Below, one piece after another: positions 1 to 9,275 of a stretch of DNA of 30,252 bases. How positions within the stretch are numbered: the stretch's first letter is position 1; each line of letters opens with the position of its first letter. Below the pieces are notes generated by a model. It made no database searches, was not told the DNA's origin, and saw only the letters and a program-made list of their open reading frames with translations. Position numbers and translations under genes: made by a program. This DNA is from an uncultured Phycisphaerales bacterium (GTDB lineage Bacteria > Planctomycetota > Phycisphaerae > Phycisphaerales > SM1A02). Location: positions 1 to 30,252 of the forward strand of contig CALKEP010000083.1 of assembly GCA_938084645.1 (NCBI GenBank). The letters are read 5' to 3'.

Positions 1-1504
1 AGAGCAGCTCGGCGGCGATCGAGGCCAGCTCGCTCCGCTCGGTGCGCTCCAGCGTGACATGCCCCGCGATGGGATGTCGTTTCATCCGCTCGATCACGTG
101 ACTGAGCCCGTTGCTCGAGGCGTCGAGATAGGGGCTGTCGATCTGGCCGATGTCGCCGCAAAGCACGATCTTGGTCCCTTCACCGACCCGGCTGACGATG
201 GTCCGGACCTCGTGCGGCGAGAGATTCTGGGCTTCGTCGACCAGGATGAACTGGTGCGGGATCGACCGGCCTCGGATGTAGGTGATCGGCTCGAGAATGA
301 CCCGGCCGGTCGCGATGAGCTGATCGAGACGCTGTTCCGCGGAATGGCTGTCGGCTTCGTTGAAGTGACTGCCCCGGGTCGAGAGCAGGTAGGTCAGGTT
401 GTCGAAGATCGGCTGCATCCACATCGCCAGCTTCTCGTCCTTGTCGCCCGGGAGATAGCCGATGTCCCGCCCCAGCGGCATGATCGGCCGAGCGGTCAGC
501 AACTTGTCGTAGCGTTCCTCCTTCAGGAGCTTCTGCATGCCCGCGGCGAGGGCCAGCAGCGTCTTTCCCGAACCCGCGGGCCCGATCATGGTGACGAGCC
601 GGACATCGTCGTCGAGCAGCAGATCGAGGGCCATCTTCTGCTGGAGGTTCCTCGCCATGATTCCCTGCACCGGCTTTCGCGGACCAGTGACCGGAATGAC
701 GTGTCCGGTGTCCGAGAGAATTCGGGCGAGTCCGGTGTGGGATGAATCACCCTCGTCGATCAGCACCAGGAACTGGTTCGGCAGCAGCTCCGGCTTCACC
801 AGCGAACCCGTCGGGTCGACGTCCTTCAGGTGCATCTCGAAGCGGCTGACGTGGACCTGTCGTTCCTCGTAGAGCTCGTCGATCACCGCGCCGGGAACCA
901 CCAGCTCGACCCAGCCGGTGTAGAGCCAGTCCGCGTCGACCCGATCGGCGCCGAAGTCCTCGGCGGGAATCCCGAGGGAGTCGCACTTCACCCGGGCGTT
1001 GATGTCCTTCGAGATGAAGGTCGTCGGACGCCCCGAGGCGTGGAACTCGCTGACCACGCCGAGGATCCGGTTGTCGGCGACGTCGAGATCGAGCGAGGAG
1101 GGGCGGGACCGATCGCACGGATGGATTCGGACCGATCCGCCCTGATCGTTCCACTCCACGCCTTCGAGCAGTCGACCTCGCCCCCGCAGTTCATCCAGCG
1201 ACCGGATCGCCTGACGGGCGTTGCGGCCCGTCTCGTCGTTGTTCTTCTTGAAGCGGTCGAGCTCCTCGATCACGGTGAGGGGGATGACCACCTCGTGTTC
1301 CGCGAACTTGAAGAGCGAGCTCGGATTGTGAAGCAGGACGTTGGTGTCGAGGACGAAGCACTTCCGTGGTCGGGCCGGAGGCGTCGCCGCCTCGGTGGCC
1401 GGTTCCTCCGACGTCGCATTCCCGGTCGAGGCCGTGGAGAGGGACGCGTCATCCGAATTGCTCAAGGCGGGATCTCCGGGTTGGATGCGGGCCTCGTCGG
1501 CCAT
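1..1504 (-). CDS. PIN-domain PhoH-family ATPase (PhoH2/YlaK-like); stop codon truncated by window edge
   Basis: Not in the ORF track; translated by hand from ATG at 1504. PIN motif KCFVLDTNVLLHNP..VIPLTVIEELDRFKK, Walker A GPAGSGKT, PhoH motifs GYLPGDKDEK, YIRGRS, VDEAQN, GDIGQID, and C-terminus ERSELASIAAELL followed by T at position 1 (probable first base of the stop). Confidence 0.93.
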   Translation of the reverse strand, partial: MADEARIQPGDPALSNSDDASLSTASTGNATSEEPATEAATPPARPRKCFVLDTNVLLHNPSSLFKFAEHEVVIPLTVIEELDRFKKNNDETGRNARQAIRSLDELRGRGRLLEGVEWNDQGGSVRIHPCDRSRPSSLDLDVADNRILGVVSEFHASGRPTTFISKDINARVKCDSLGIPAEDFGADRVDADWLYTGWVELVVPGAVIDELYEERQVHVSRFEMHLKDVDPTGSLVKPELLPNQFLVLIDEGDSSHTGLARILSDTGHVIPVTGPRKPVQGIMARNLQQKMALDLLLDDDVRLVTMIGPAGSGKTLLALAAGMQKLLKEERYDKLLTARPIMPLGRDIGYLPGDKDEKLAMWMQPIFDNLTYLLSTRGSHFNEADSHSAEQRLDQLIATGRVILEPITYIRGRSIPHQFILVDEAQNLSPHEVRTIVSRVGEGTKIVLCGDIGQIDSPYLDASSNGLSHVIERMKRHPIAGHVTLERTERSELASIAAELL

Positions 1505-1535
1505 GCTTCGCGCGACGACCGGACCTCGCGACCCA

Positions 1536-1541
1536 AGGGTA
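1536..1541 (-). promoter_or_regulatory. Putative -10 box (TACCCT) for the PIN-PhoH gene
   Basis: TANNNT hexamer on the minus strand about 30 nt upstream of ATG 1504, in the divergent intergenic region. Confidence 0.35.
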
Positions 1542-1620
1542 GTAGCCCCGCCGATCCCTGTCATCGCCGATCCGAAAAGATGAGGCACAAGCCCCAGATG
1601 CCGTCCTCGGACGGATCCCG

Positions 1621-1626
1621 TAGGCT
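1621..1626 (+). promoter_or_regulatory. Putative -10 box (TAGGCT), leaderless configuration
   Basis: TAGGCT-cttgcc-ATG(1633): 6-nt spacer, no SD. Confidence 0.55.
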
Positions 1627-1632
1627 CTTGCC

Positions 1633-2757
1633 ATGACTTCACGATCCGGAATTCAGCAGCTCGTCGATCTCATGCAGGAGATCGCCCCCTCGCAACTGGG
1701 CGAACCCTGGGACAACGTCGGCCTGCTCGTCGGCGACCGGAGTCACGGACTCGACCGGGTGATGCTCTGCATCGATCTCACCGAAGCGGTGCTTGACGAG
1801 GCCGTCCGCAAGCGGGCCGACGCGATCGTCGCCTACCACCCTCCGATCTTCACCGCGCGGAAGCGGATCACCGACGAGGATGCCGGCGGCCGGATCCTGC
1901 TCGCGGCCATCGCCGCGGGAATCGCGATCCACTCACCCCACACCGCCGCGGACGCCGCCGAGGGCGGCGTGAACGACTGGCTCGCGGACGGCCTCGGCGC
2001 CGGTGATCGCCGGGCCCTCGCGCCCGCGCTCGAACTGCCCGCGACCGAACGGGTCAAGGTGGTGACCTACGGTCCCGCGGATTCCATCGAACGGATCCGG
2101 CACGGACTGGCCGCGGCCGGCGCCGGCGTGATCGGCGAGTACGAACTCTGTTCGATCGAGGTGGCCGCGATCGGCACCTATCGCGGCGGCGAGGAATCGA
2201 ATCCGGTCCGTGGCGAACGCGGACGCCTCGAACGGGTCGAGGAAGTCCGGCTCGAGATGGTCTGCGGCGATCACAATCTCGCGATCGCGATCGAACACCT
2301 TCGTTCCCTCCATCCGTACGAGGAGCCGCCGATCGAGATCTACCGCCAGGCCGAACGCCCTCGTCGCGCGATCGGAGCCGGTCGCCGGGTGGTCCTCGAT
2401 CATGGAGTCACGATCGGAACGATCACCGACCGGATGCGGGAACATCTCGGCACCGATCGATTCGCGGACCACGACGCCGATCGCCGACGACGACACGAGG
2501 TCATCGGACTCTGCGCCGGGAGCGGCGCCGAACTCCTCGATCCCGCGATCGACCAGGGGTGCACGTTGTTCATCACCGGCGAACTGAAGCATCACGACGT
2601 GCTTCACGCGCAGGCCCGTGACTGCGCGGTCCTGGTCGCCGGTCACACCAACACCGAACGAGGATGGCTGAAGCGACTTCGAAAGCGGCTTCGAGCCGGG
2701 CTCGACGCCGAGGTCTTCCTCAGCCGGGTCGACTCGGACCCGCTCCGACCCGCCTGA
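1633..2757 (+). CDS. Nif3-like dinuclear metal-centre protein (DUF34/YqfO long type with PII-like insertion)
   Basis: Motifs WDNVGLLVG, YHPPIF, HTAAD..GGVNDWLA, insertion domain AGAGVIGEYELCS...HPYEEP, FITGELKHH, GHTNTE. Confidence 0.93.
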   Translation: MTSRSGIQQLVDLMQEIAPSQLGEPWDNVGLLVGDRSHGLDRVMLCIDLTEAVLDEAVRKRADAIVAYHPPIFTARKRITDEDAGGRILLAAIAAGIAIHSPHTAADAAEGGVNDWLADGLGAGDRRALAPALELPATERVKVVTYGPADSIERIRHGLAAAGAGVIGEYELCSIEVAAIGTYRGGEESNPVRGERGRLERVEEVRLEMVCGDHNLAIAIEHLRSLHPYEEPPIEIYRQAERPRRAIGAGRRVVLDHGVTIGTITDRMREHLGTDRFADHDADRRRRHEVIGLCAGSGAELLDPAIDQGCTLFITGELKHHDVLHAQARDCAVLVAGHTNTERGWLKRLRKRLRAGLDAEVFLSRVDSDPLRPA

Positions 2758-5700
2758 TCAATCGACTTCGGAGGGCAGGTGTTCCGCGAGCCTCGCGGCC
2801 CGGTCCGCGCGATTCGTTCCGAACCAGAGCCAGTGCCCCGCCGCGACCAGGTCGTCGACGATCACGAGGATCGCGGGCAGGACGAGCAGCGTCAGGAACG
2901 TGGAACTCATCAGGCCGAAGGTGATCGAGATCGCCATGGGGATCAGGAACCGGGCCTGGAAACTCTGCTCGAGCATGAGCGGGGTGAGGCCCAGCACCGT
3001 GGTCACCGTGGTCAGCAGGATCGGCCGGAGCCGACGACGGCCCGCATCGACGAGGGCGTCTCCGAGCGGCATGCCGGCTTCCATGTTCTTGTTGAGGAAC
3101 TCGACGAGGATGAGCGAGTTGTTGACCACGATTCCCGCAAGCGCGACGACGCCGATGATGCTGAGGAAGGTGATCTCGAACCCGAGGATCCAGTGGCCCC
3201 AGACCACGCCGATCAGGGCGAACGGAATCGCCAGCATCACCGCGAAGGGCTGGATGAAGCTCGCGAAGAGCCAGGCGAGAATGACGTAGATCATCAGGCT
3301 CGCCGCGAGCATCGCGATGGGAAGCGTGGCGAAGGCATCGATGACGTCCTGCTGCCGACCACCGCTCTCGATCAGCACGCCTCCGTGGCGTCGGCGCAGT
3401 TCCTCGAGGGCGGGCGTCATGGCCGCGACCACCTGTTCCGGATTCGTCTGGGAGTCGACGTCCGCGGTGACGCTGACCGCCCGCCGCCGGTCGATTCGTC
3501 GAATCGTCGACAGGCCGTCCGCCTCTTCGATCCGGGCGATCTCCGCCAGCGGAATCGAACGGCCGTCGGGCGTGGTGATCCACATCCCCTCGACCGAACC
3601 GAGTTCGCGGCGGGACGCATCGTCGAAGGACACCCGGACGTCGATGTCCTCACGCAGTTCGCTGTAGACGTGCGCATCGATTCCGTAGATCGCGCCACGG
3701 ACCTGCTGGGCGACGCCCGCCACGGTGACGCCGAGCGAGGCCGCCCCGGGCAGGAGCGAGATCCGCAGTTCGCGCTGGGCCACCGAATCGTCCGAGGCGA
3801 TGTCGAAGACCCCCTCGTAGGTGGCGAAGAGCGCCTTGACGTCCGCGACCGCGGCGTCGATCGCGACGTCGTCGTTTCCGGAGATCTCGAACGTGATGTC
3901 GGATCCACCGGGACCACCGTCGATCTCCCGCCAGGAGACCTGCTCCGCCTCGGAGAGATCCCCCGACTCGCGGCGGATCGCGTCGATGATCTCGGGACTG
4001 GCTCGATCACGGCGTTCGATCGGGGACAGCTCGAAGAAGATCTGTGCGATCGCACTCGACCCCGGATTCTCGAGTCCGGTGTTGACGTCGAAACTCGACC
4101 CGATCGCGAGGCTGGTGTAGTCGACCTCCGGCTGGGACCGGGCCGCCTCCTCGATGCGCGAGGCGATGCGCCGGGTCTCGGCGAGCTCGGTGCCGGGCGG
4201 CATCCGGACGTCCACCACCACGTTCTCGGTGTCCTCGGTCGGAAGGAACACGAAGGGCACGCGACCACCCGCGTACATGCCGTAGGAGATCGCGAGCAGG
4301 GAGAGCGCGATGGAGGCCGCGATCCAGCGGTACCGGACGCTTCGCTGCGCCAGCCGACCGTAGATTTCGGTGGCCGGGAAGACGATCCGCCGATCCCGCC
4401 AGGCCGCGAAGCGATCCGCGAGTCCGAAGATCCCTCCACCCCGGCTCTGGATCATCCCGCGAAGGGCGTGGACCATGTGGGACGGCAGGATCAGCATCGA
4501 CTCCAGCACGCTGATGCTGAGGGCGCAGAACACCACCATCGGCAGCGCACCCAGGAGCTTGCCGATGTTCCCGCTGATGAACGTCAGGGGAAGGAAGGCG
4601 ACGATCGTGGTCAGCACCGTGCCGACCACCGGCCAGAAGACCTGCTCGCCACCGCGGATCGCCGCGGTCTGCGGCGTCTCGCCGAGATCCTTCCGCGCCG
4701 TGATGTTCTCACTGACCACGATCGCGTCGTCGGTGAGCATCCCCAGCGTGACCAGGAGACCGAACATGGTCAGCAGGTTGAGGGTGACGCCGAGCGCGGT
4801 CATCGCGAGAAGCGTCCCGCAGATCGCGGTGAACAGACCGACCATCACCCAGAACGCCACCCGGAGGTTGAGCGCCAGCAGGAGGGCGAGAAAGACCAGG
4901 CCCGCGCCCTGGAGCGCATTCCGCGAGAGGAGTTCGAGGCGTCCCTGGATGAAGCGGGAAAGATCGTTGTGGGCCACCAGATCCGCGGGCAGCGGCTCGG
5001 GACGACTGAGCCCGAGTTCGTAGGCCTCCCACTCCGAAGTCCCCATCGCCTCCGCCCAGATCGGGCCGGTGAAGGCCTCACGCTGCCGTCCGGCCACGTA
5101 GGCGTAGGCCATCCGCGCGATCGCCACCGCGTCCTGCGTTCCGGTCTTGAAGATCGTCACGCTGCTCGCAGGCTGCCCGTCGAACCACTCCTCGAGGTCG
5201 ACGTCGACGAAGTCGTCGCTGACGGTCGCGAGGTCGCCGACGGTCAGCATGCTTCCATCGGCGCGGGCCCGAACCACGATCGAACGGATCGCCTCCGCTC
5301 GCTCCGCGACCCCCATGGTGCGGACGTTGACGTTTCCGCCGGCGCCACGGAGCGAACCGCTCGGAAGTTCCAGCGTCCACGCCCGGATGGCGTCGGCGAC
5401 GGCGGTGATCGGAAGTCCGTTCTCGACCAGGCGCTCGGGCTCGACCGCGACCCGGAGTTCGTAGTCCCGGAGACCGGACACCTGCAGCGAGCCCATGCCA
5501 CGAAGCGATTCGAGGTCGTCGATGATCGTCCGCATCGCGGACTTGAGAATCCGCTCGTCGACCTCGCCGTGAAGCGTCAGGATGATGACGGGAAGGTTCG
5601 GTTCGAACTCCACCACCCGGATCCTCTCCGCGTCGTCGGGGAGGTCCGAGAGCCGTTCGATCGCGCGCTCGACGTCCTCGATCGCTTCCGGAATGTCGGT

Positions 5701-5994
5701 CCCCTCGTCGAACTTGACCACGAGGATCCCGGCCCCCTCACTGACCGTGGTCTCGATCCGACGGACCTCCTGCACGCTCCCCACCGCATCCTCGACCTTG
5801 CGGGCCATCGACTCCTCGATCTCCCGTGGCGTCGCCCCGGGATAGATGAGTTCGACGCGGGCGGCCTCCGGATCGATCTCCGGGAAGAACTCGCGGCGCA
5901 TGTTGAGCCCGGCGTAGATGCCGCCGATGATCAACGCGAGCATCAGGAGATTCGCGGGGACCGGCCGGCGGGCCCCGAACGAGGGAAGACTCAC
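2758..5994 (-). CDS. RND efflux transporter permease subunit (AcrB/AcrD/AcrF family)
   Basis: About 1078 aa. N-terminus PVPANLLM..REFFPEID..YPGATPREIE, TM4 GMLTDDAIVVSENI, TM11 RRRLRPILLTTVTT. GTG start at 5994 overlaps the adaptor stop (GTGA). Confidence 0.95.
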   Translation of the reverse strand: MSLPSFGARRPVPANLLMLALIIGGIYAGLNMRREFFPEIDPEAARVELIYPGATPREIEESMARKVEDAVGSVQEVRRIETTVSEGAGILVVKFDEGTDIPEAIEDVERAIERLSDLPDDAERIRVVEFEPNLPVIILTLHGEVDERILKSAMRTIIDDLESLRGMGSLQVSGLRDYELRVAVEPERLVENGLPITAVADAIRAWTLELPSGSLRGAGGNVNVRTMGVAERAEAIRSIVVRARADGSMLTVGDLATVSDDFVDVDLEEWFDGQPASSVTIFKTGTQDAVAIARMAYAYVAGRQREAFTGPIWAEAMGTSEWEAYELGLSRPEPLPADLVAHNDLSRFIQGRLELLSRNALQGAGLVFLALLLALNLRVAFWVMVGLFTAICGTLLAMTALGVTLNLLTMFGLLVTLGMLTDDAIVVSENITARKDLGETPQTAAIRGGEQVFWPVVGTVLTTIVAFLPLTFISGNIGKLLGALPMVVFCALSISVLESMLILPSHMVHALRGMIQSRGGGIFGLADRFAAWRDRRIVFPATEIYGRLAQRSVRYRWIAASIALSLLAISYGMYAGGRVPFVFLPTEDTENVVVDVRMPPGTELAETRRIASRIEEAARSQPEVDYTSLAIGSSFDVNTGLENPGSSAIAQIFFELSPIERRDRASPEIIDAIRRESGDLSEAEQVSWREIDGGPGGSDITFEISGNDDVAIDAAVADVKALFATYEGVFDIASDDSVAQRELRISLLPGAASLGVTVAGVAQQVRGAIYGIDAHVYSELREDIDVRVSFDDASRRELGSVEGMWITTPDGRSIPLAEIARIEEADGLSTIRRIDRRRAVSVTADVDSQTNPEQVVAAMTPALEELRRRHGGVLIESGGRQQDVIDAFATLPIAMLAASLMIYVILAWLFASFIQPFAVMLAIPFALIGVVWGHWILGFEITFLSIIGVVALAGIVVNNSLILVEFLNKNMEAGMPLGDALVDAGRRRLRPILLTTVTTVLGLTPLMLEQSFQARFLIPMAISITFGLMSSTFLTLLVLPAILVIVDDLVAAGHWLWFGTNRADRAARLAEHLPSEVD

Positions 5995-7298
5995 CGCTCG
6001 GTCTCCCCGGCATCCGACGTCTCGCCCACCACCCGGGAATCGACCAGGATGCCTTCCGGCAGCGACCGCGAGGCGTCGATCACGATCCGCGCCCCTTCGG
6101 GCAGCGGCTCGGCGAGCACCATCCACTGTCGATCATCGAGGCCGCTCTCCTCCACCGTGTCGTCGAACCCGAAGAGCGGTTCGACGAGCACGCTCCGGAT
6201 GCGTTCATCCTCGACGAGCTGCACCCGCTGGTGTCGGATGGAGCGACGCGGCACCACGCTCCGAACCGGTCGGTCCGCCTCGTGCACCGTTCCGCTGACG
6301 AACAGTCCGGGGACGATCCGGCCGTCCCGACCGTCGATCTCGACGTAGACCGTCATGGTCCTCGTGGCCGCGTCGTCGATCGGCGAGACGCGGGCGATCA
6401 CCGCGTCGATCGGATCGGCGGTGATGGTCCGGCGAACCACCACCCGGTCACCCGGCACCACGCGGCCGCGACCGCTCGCCGGGATTCTCAACGCGAGTTC
6501 GAGCCGGTCCGGGCCGATGATCCTCGCGATCGGACTGCCCACCGCGACCTGTTCACCGACGCCGACCATGAGATCCGAGAGCACCCCGTCGAACGGCGCC
6601 ACGACCGTGCACCGTTCGACCTGTTCCTCGGCCAGACGACGACTCGCGAGGAGACCGTCGCGGCGAGCATCGGCCGCGGCCCGTCGGACCGGAAGGAGCG
6701 ACGCGAGCTCGTCGAGACCGACGACGGCGCGTCGTGCGACGAGCAGTCGCTGTTCGGCCGTGTCCACTTCACGTTCCACCGCGGCGCCTCGATCGGCCGC
6801 GGAGCGGACCCGATCCAGGTCCTCGCTGATGATCTCCAGTTCGCGTTCGACGATCTCGCGACGTCGGACGAGGATCTCCGACTCCGCGTCGAGCCGGTCG
6901 ATCTCCGCGTCGACCTCGGAGAGTTGCTCGTCGATGACCGAAAGCCGCTCGAGGAAGTCGAAGGGGCGAAGCCGCGCGATCAGACGGCCGGCCTCGACCT
7001 CGACACCGGCCTCGATGTCGCCGGGGATCGACTCCACGGTCGAGACCACCTCCGAGGGGATCGTCGCGGCGTCGAGCGACCGGATGGTCCCGTAACCGGT
7101 CCAGCGGCGAGCGACCGGAATGCTGGGGACGCGGAGCACGCGGATCTTCGCCGCGGAGGCGCCACCCTCGACGCGGGCCGCGGTCGGCCCGGTCGCGGTG
7201 AGCACGATGGAGACGAGGATTCCGACCCCGAGCACCACGCCGCAGACGACCACGCGAGTGACGATCGAGACGAGGAGATTGGGGCGGGACTTGGTCAC
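5991..7298 (-). CDS. RND efflux periplasmic adaptor (membrane fusion protein)
   Basis: N-terminal TM anchor, lipoyl-like halves (GVEVEAGRLIARL; VVAPFDGVL..VGVGEQV), long coiled-coil hairpin, IDDAATRTMTVYV, IVPGLFV; coupled to the permease. Confidence 0.92.
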   Translation of the reverse strand: MTKSRPNLLVSIVTRVVVCGVVLGVGILVSIVLTATGPTAARVEGGASAAKIRVLRVPSIPVARRWTGYGTIRSLDAATIPSEVVSTVESIPGDIEAGVEVEAGRLIARLRPFDFLERLSVIDEQLSEVDAEIDRLDAESEILVRRREIVERELEIISEDLDRVRSAADRGAAVEREVDTAEQRLLVARRAVVGLDELASLLPVRRAAADARRDGLLASRRLAEEQVERCTVVAPFDGVLSDLMVGVGEQVAVGSPIARIIGPDRLELALRIPASGRGRVVPGDRVVVRRTITADPIDAVIARVSPIDDAATRTMTVYVEIDGRDGRIVPGLFVSGTVHEADRPVRSVVPRRSIRHQRVQLVEDERIRSVLVEPLFGFDDTVEESGLDDRQWMVLAEPLPEGARIVIDASRSLPEGILVDSRVVGETSDAGETER

Positions 7299-7356
7299 AT
7301 CGAGGATCCGGTTGACGGTGGAGCGCGTGATACGGGCCGGTGATGGAGAAGGGGAG

Positions 7357-7362
7357 ATCGTA
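7357..7362 (-). promoter_or_regulatory. Putative -10 box (TACGAT) for the RND operon
   Basis: TANNNT on the minus strand about 58 nt upstream of GTG 7298, back-to-back with the gatC -10 box. Confidence 0.4.
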
Positions 7363-7392
7363 CCGGCTGCCGCCTCGAACGCGTCGGAGCGT

Positions 7393-7398
7393 TACTCT
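7393..7398 (+). promoter_or_regulatory. Putative -10 box (TACTCT), leaderless configuration
   Basis: TACTCT-tcgctcc-ATG(7406): 7-nt spacer, no SD. Confidence 0.55.
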
Positions 7399-7405
7399 TC
7401 GCTCC

Positions 7406-7726
7406 ATGAACGAATCCGATTCGAATCCGATGCCTTCGATCGACGATGTGGCTCGCGTGGCCACCCTCTCCCGACTCGCCCTCGACGAGGACGGGCTGGA
7501 AGCCGCACGACGCGATCTCTCCGCGATCCTCGGCCATGTGGCGGCGATCCAGGCCCTCGACGTCGAGCACGTCGAACCGATGCCCCGTCCGCAGGACGTG
7601 GTCAATCGCCTCGCGGAGGACGAGCCGGGGCCGCTTCTGGACCGGGAGGTGCTGCTTCGCATGGCCCCACGGACCGAAGGACCGTTCATCGCCGTCCCCA
7701 AGGTCCTCGGAGAGGGCGGCGCCTGA
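7406..7726 (+). CDS. gatC: Asp-tRNA(Asn)/Glu-tRNA(Gln) amidotransferase subunit C
   Basis: DDVARVATLSRLAL..DLSAILGHV..LDVEHVEP..LAEDEP..APRTEGPFIAVPKVL; directly upstream of gatA. Start moved from 7340 to ATG 7406. Confidence 0.93.
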   Translation: MNESDSNPMPSIDDVARVATLSRLALDEDGLEAARRDLSAILGHVAAIQALDVEHVEPMPRPQDVVNRLAEDEPGPLLDREVLLRMAPRTEGPFIAVPKVLGEGGA

Positions 7727-7741
7727 GGCGTCGCGAAACAC

Positions 7742-9223
7742 GTGAACCACGACTCCAATCAATCCACCGACCGGGAACACCCCGACGATCTCGTCGCCCG
7801 AATCCGATCCGTACGAGCGGGTGAAGCGACCACGGTCGATCGGCTCGAGGGAATGCTCTCCAGGATCGACACCGTCGACCCTGCGCTCAACGCCTTCCAC
7901 GAGGTCCTGGGCGAGGATGCGCGGCGTCACGCCGAATCCATCGACGCTCGTCTCGCCGCCGGCGACGATCCGGGCCCCCTGGCCGGCGCCATCGTGGCGG
8001 TGAAGGACAATCTCTGCACCACCGAAGGTCGGACCACCTGCAGTTCGAAGATGCTCGAACACTACCGGTCGCCGTTCGAGGCGACCGCCGTCGAGCGGCT
8101 GCGGAACGCGGGCGCGACGATCGTCGGCAAGACGAACCTCGACGAGTTCGCCATGGGCTCCTCCTCCGAGAACTGCGCCTGGGGCCCCGTCCGGAATCCC
8201 CACGGTGTCGATCGCGTGCCCGGAGGTTCGAGCGGCGGCAGTGCGGCCGCCGTCGCCGCGGACTGCGCGGATGTCGCCCTCGGTTCCGACACCGGCGGCT
8301 CGATCCGCCAGCCCGCGGCGTTCTGCGGCTGCGTCGGATTCAAACCCACCTACGGGCGGATCTCGCGTTACGGACTCGTGGCCTTCGGCTCGAGCCTCGA
8401 CCAGATCGGGCCGATCGGGCGCAGCGTCCGCGACGCCTCCCTGCTCTACGAGGTGATGGCGGGCGTCGATCCACACGACGCGACCACCTCGGAACTGCCG
8501 GTCGAGTCCCCGCTCTCTGAGGGCACCATCGATCTCCGGGGACTGCGGGTGGGCATCCCCCGCGAGCACGTCACCGATGAGAACCACCCGGGCGTGACCG
8601 AGCGATTCGCCGAGACGCTCGACACCCTCCGGAGCGCCGGCGTCACGATCGTCGACGTCGATCTCCCGCTCACCCACCACGGAATCTCGACGTACTACGT
8701 GATCGCCCCGGCGGAGGCGAGCAGCAACCTCTCCCGCTACGACGGCATCAGGTACGGCCATCGCGCCGAGGCGCTTCCCGGCGAAGGACTCGAGGAGCTC
8801 TACGCCCGCACCCGCAGCGAGGGCTTCGGACCCGAGGTTCGTCGCCGGATCATGCTGGGAACATACGTGCTCAGCGCCGGCTACTACGACGCCTACTACA
8901 CCCGCGCCCTCAAGGTGCGGCGCCTGATCAAGCAGGAGTTCGACGGGGTCTTCTCGCAGTGCGACGTGCTGCTGGGACCCACCACCCCCACGCCCGCCTT
9001 CCGGCTCGGCGCGGACCTCGATCCGGTGTCCATGTATCTCAACGACGTCTACACCGTCAACGCGAACATCGCGGGCATCCCGGCCATTTCGATTCCCGGT
9101 GGGTTCGTCGAGGACGAGGGCGACGCCCTGCCGGTCGGCCTCCACCTCCAGGCTCCGGCTTTCGCCGAATCGCTGCTGCTCCGAACGGCATCGGCCGTCG
9201 AAGCGACGCATGCGAGGACCTGA
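7742..9223 (+). CDS. gatA: Asp-tRNA(Asn)/Glu-tRNA(Gln) amidotransferase subunit A
   Basis: Amidase signature VKDNL, GKTNLDEFAMGSS, PGGSSGGS, GSDTGGSIRQPA; GatA-specific AEASSNLSRYDG and EVRRRIMLGTYVLSAGYYDAYY. Confidence 0.97.
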   Translation: MNHDSNQSTDREHPDDLVARIRSVRAGEATTVDRLEGMLSRIDTVDPALNAFHEVLGEDARRHAESIDARLAAGDDPGPLAGAIVAVKDNLCTTEGRTTCSSKMLEHYRSPFEATAVERLRNAGATIVGKTNLDEFAMGSSSENCAWGPVRNPHGVDRVPGGSSGGSAAAVAADCADVALGSDTGGSIRQPAAFCGCVGFKPTYGRISRYGLVAFGSSLDQIGPIGRSVRDASLLYEVMAGVDPHDATTSELPVESPLSEGTIDLRGLRVGIPREHVTDENHPGVTERFAETLDTLRSAGVTIVDVDLPLTHHGISTYYVIAPAEASSNLSRYDGIRYGHRAEALPGEGLEELYARTRSEGFGPEVRRRIMLGTYVLSAGYYDAYYTRALKVRRLIKQEFDGVFSQCDVLLGPTTPTPAFRLGADLDPVSMYLNDVYTVNANIAGIPAISIPGGFVEDEGDALPVGLHLQAPAFAESLLLRTASAVEATHART

Positions 9224-9275
9224 CCCCGAAGATCTGATGCGATGAAGACGGGGCGGGGCGGGGCCGAACCGGCGT

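Noticed and set aside
5995..6126. Longer N-terminal extensions given by the ORF track (RND 6126, gatC 7340, HTH 13841, tsaB 20697, phosphoesterase 21647, dehydrogenase 24330)
   Set aside because: Extensions overlap neighbouring genes or promoters; stop/start overlaps, SDs, -10 boxes and signal peptides point to the shorter starts used.
2779..6348. 1189-aa plus-strand ORF antisense to the RND permease
   Set aside because: Shadow ORF typical of GC-rich coding DNA; R/D/G/H-rich composition, no motifs, fully overlaps a well-supported gene.
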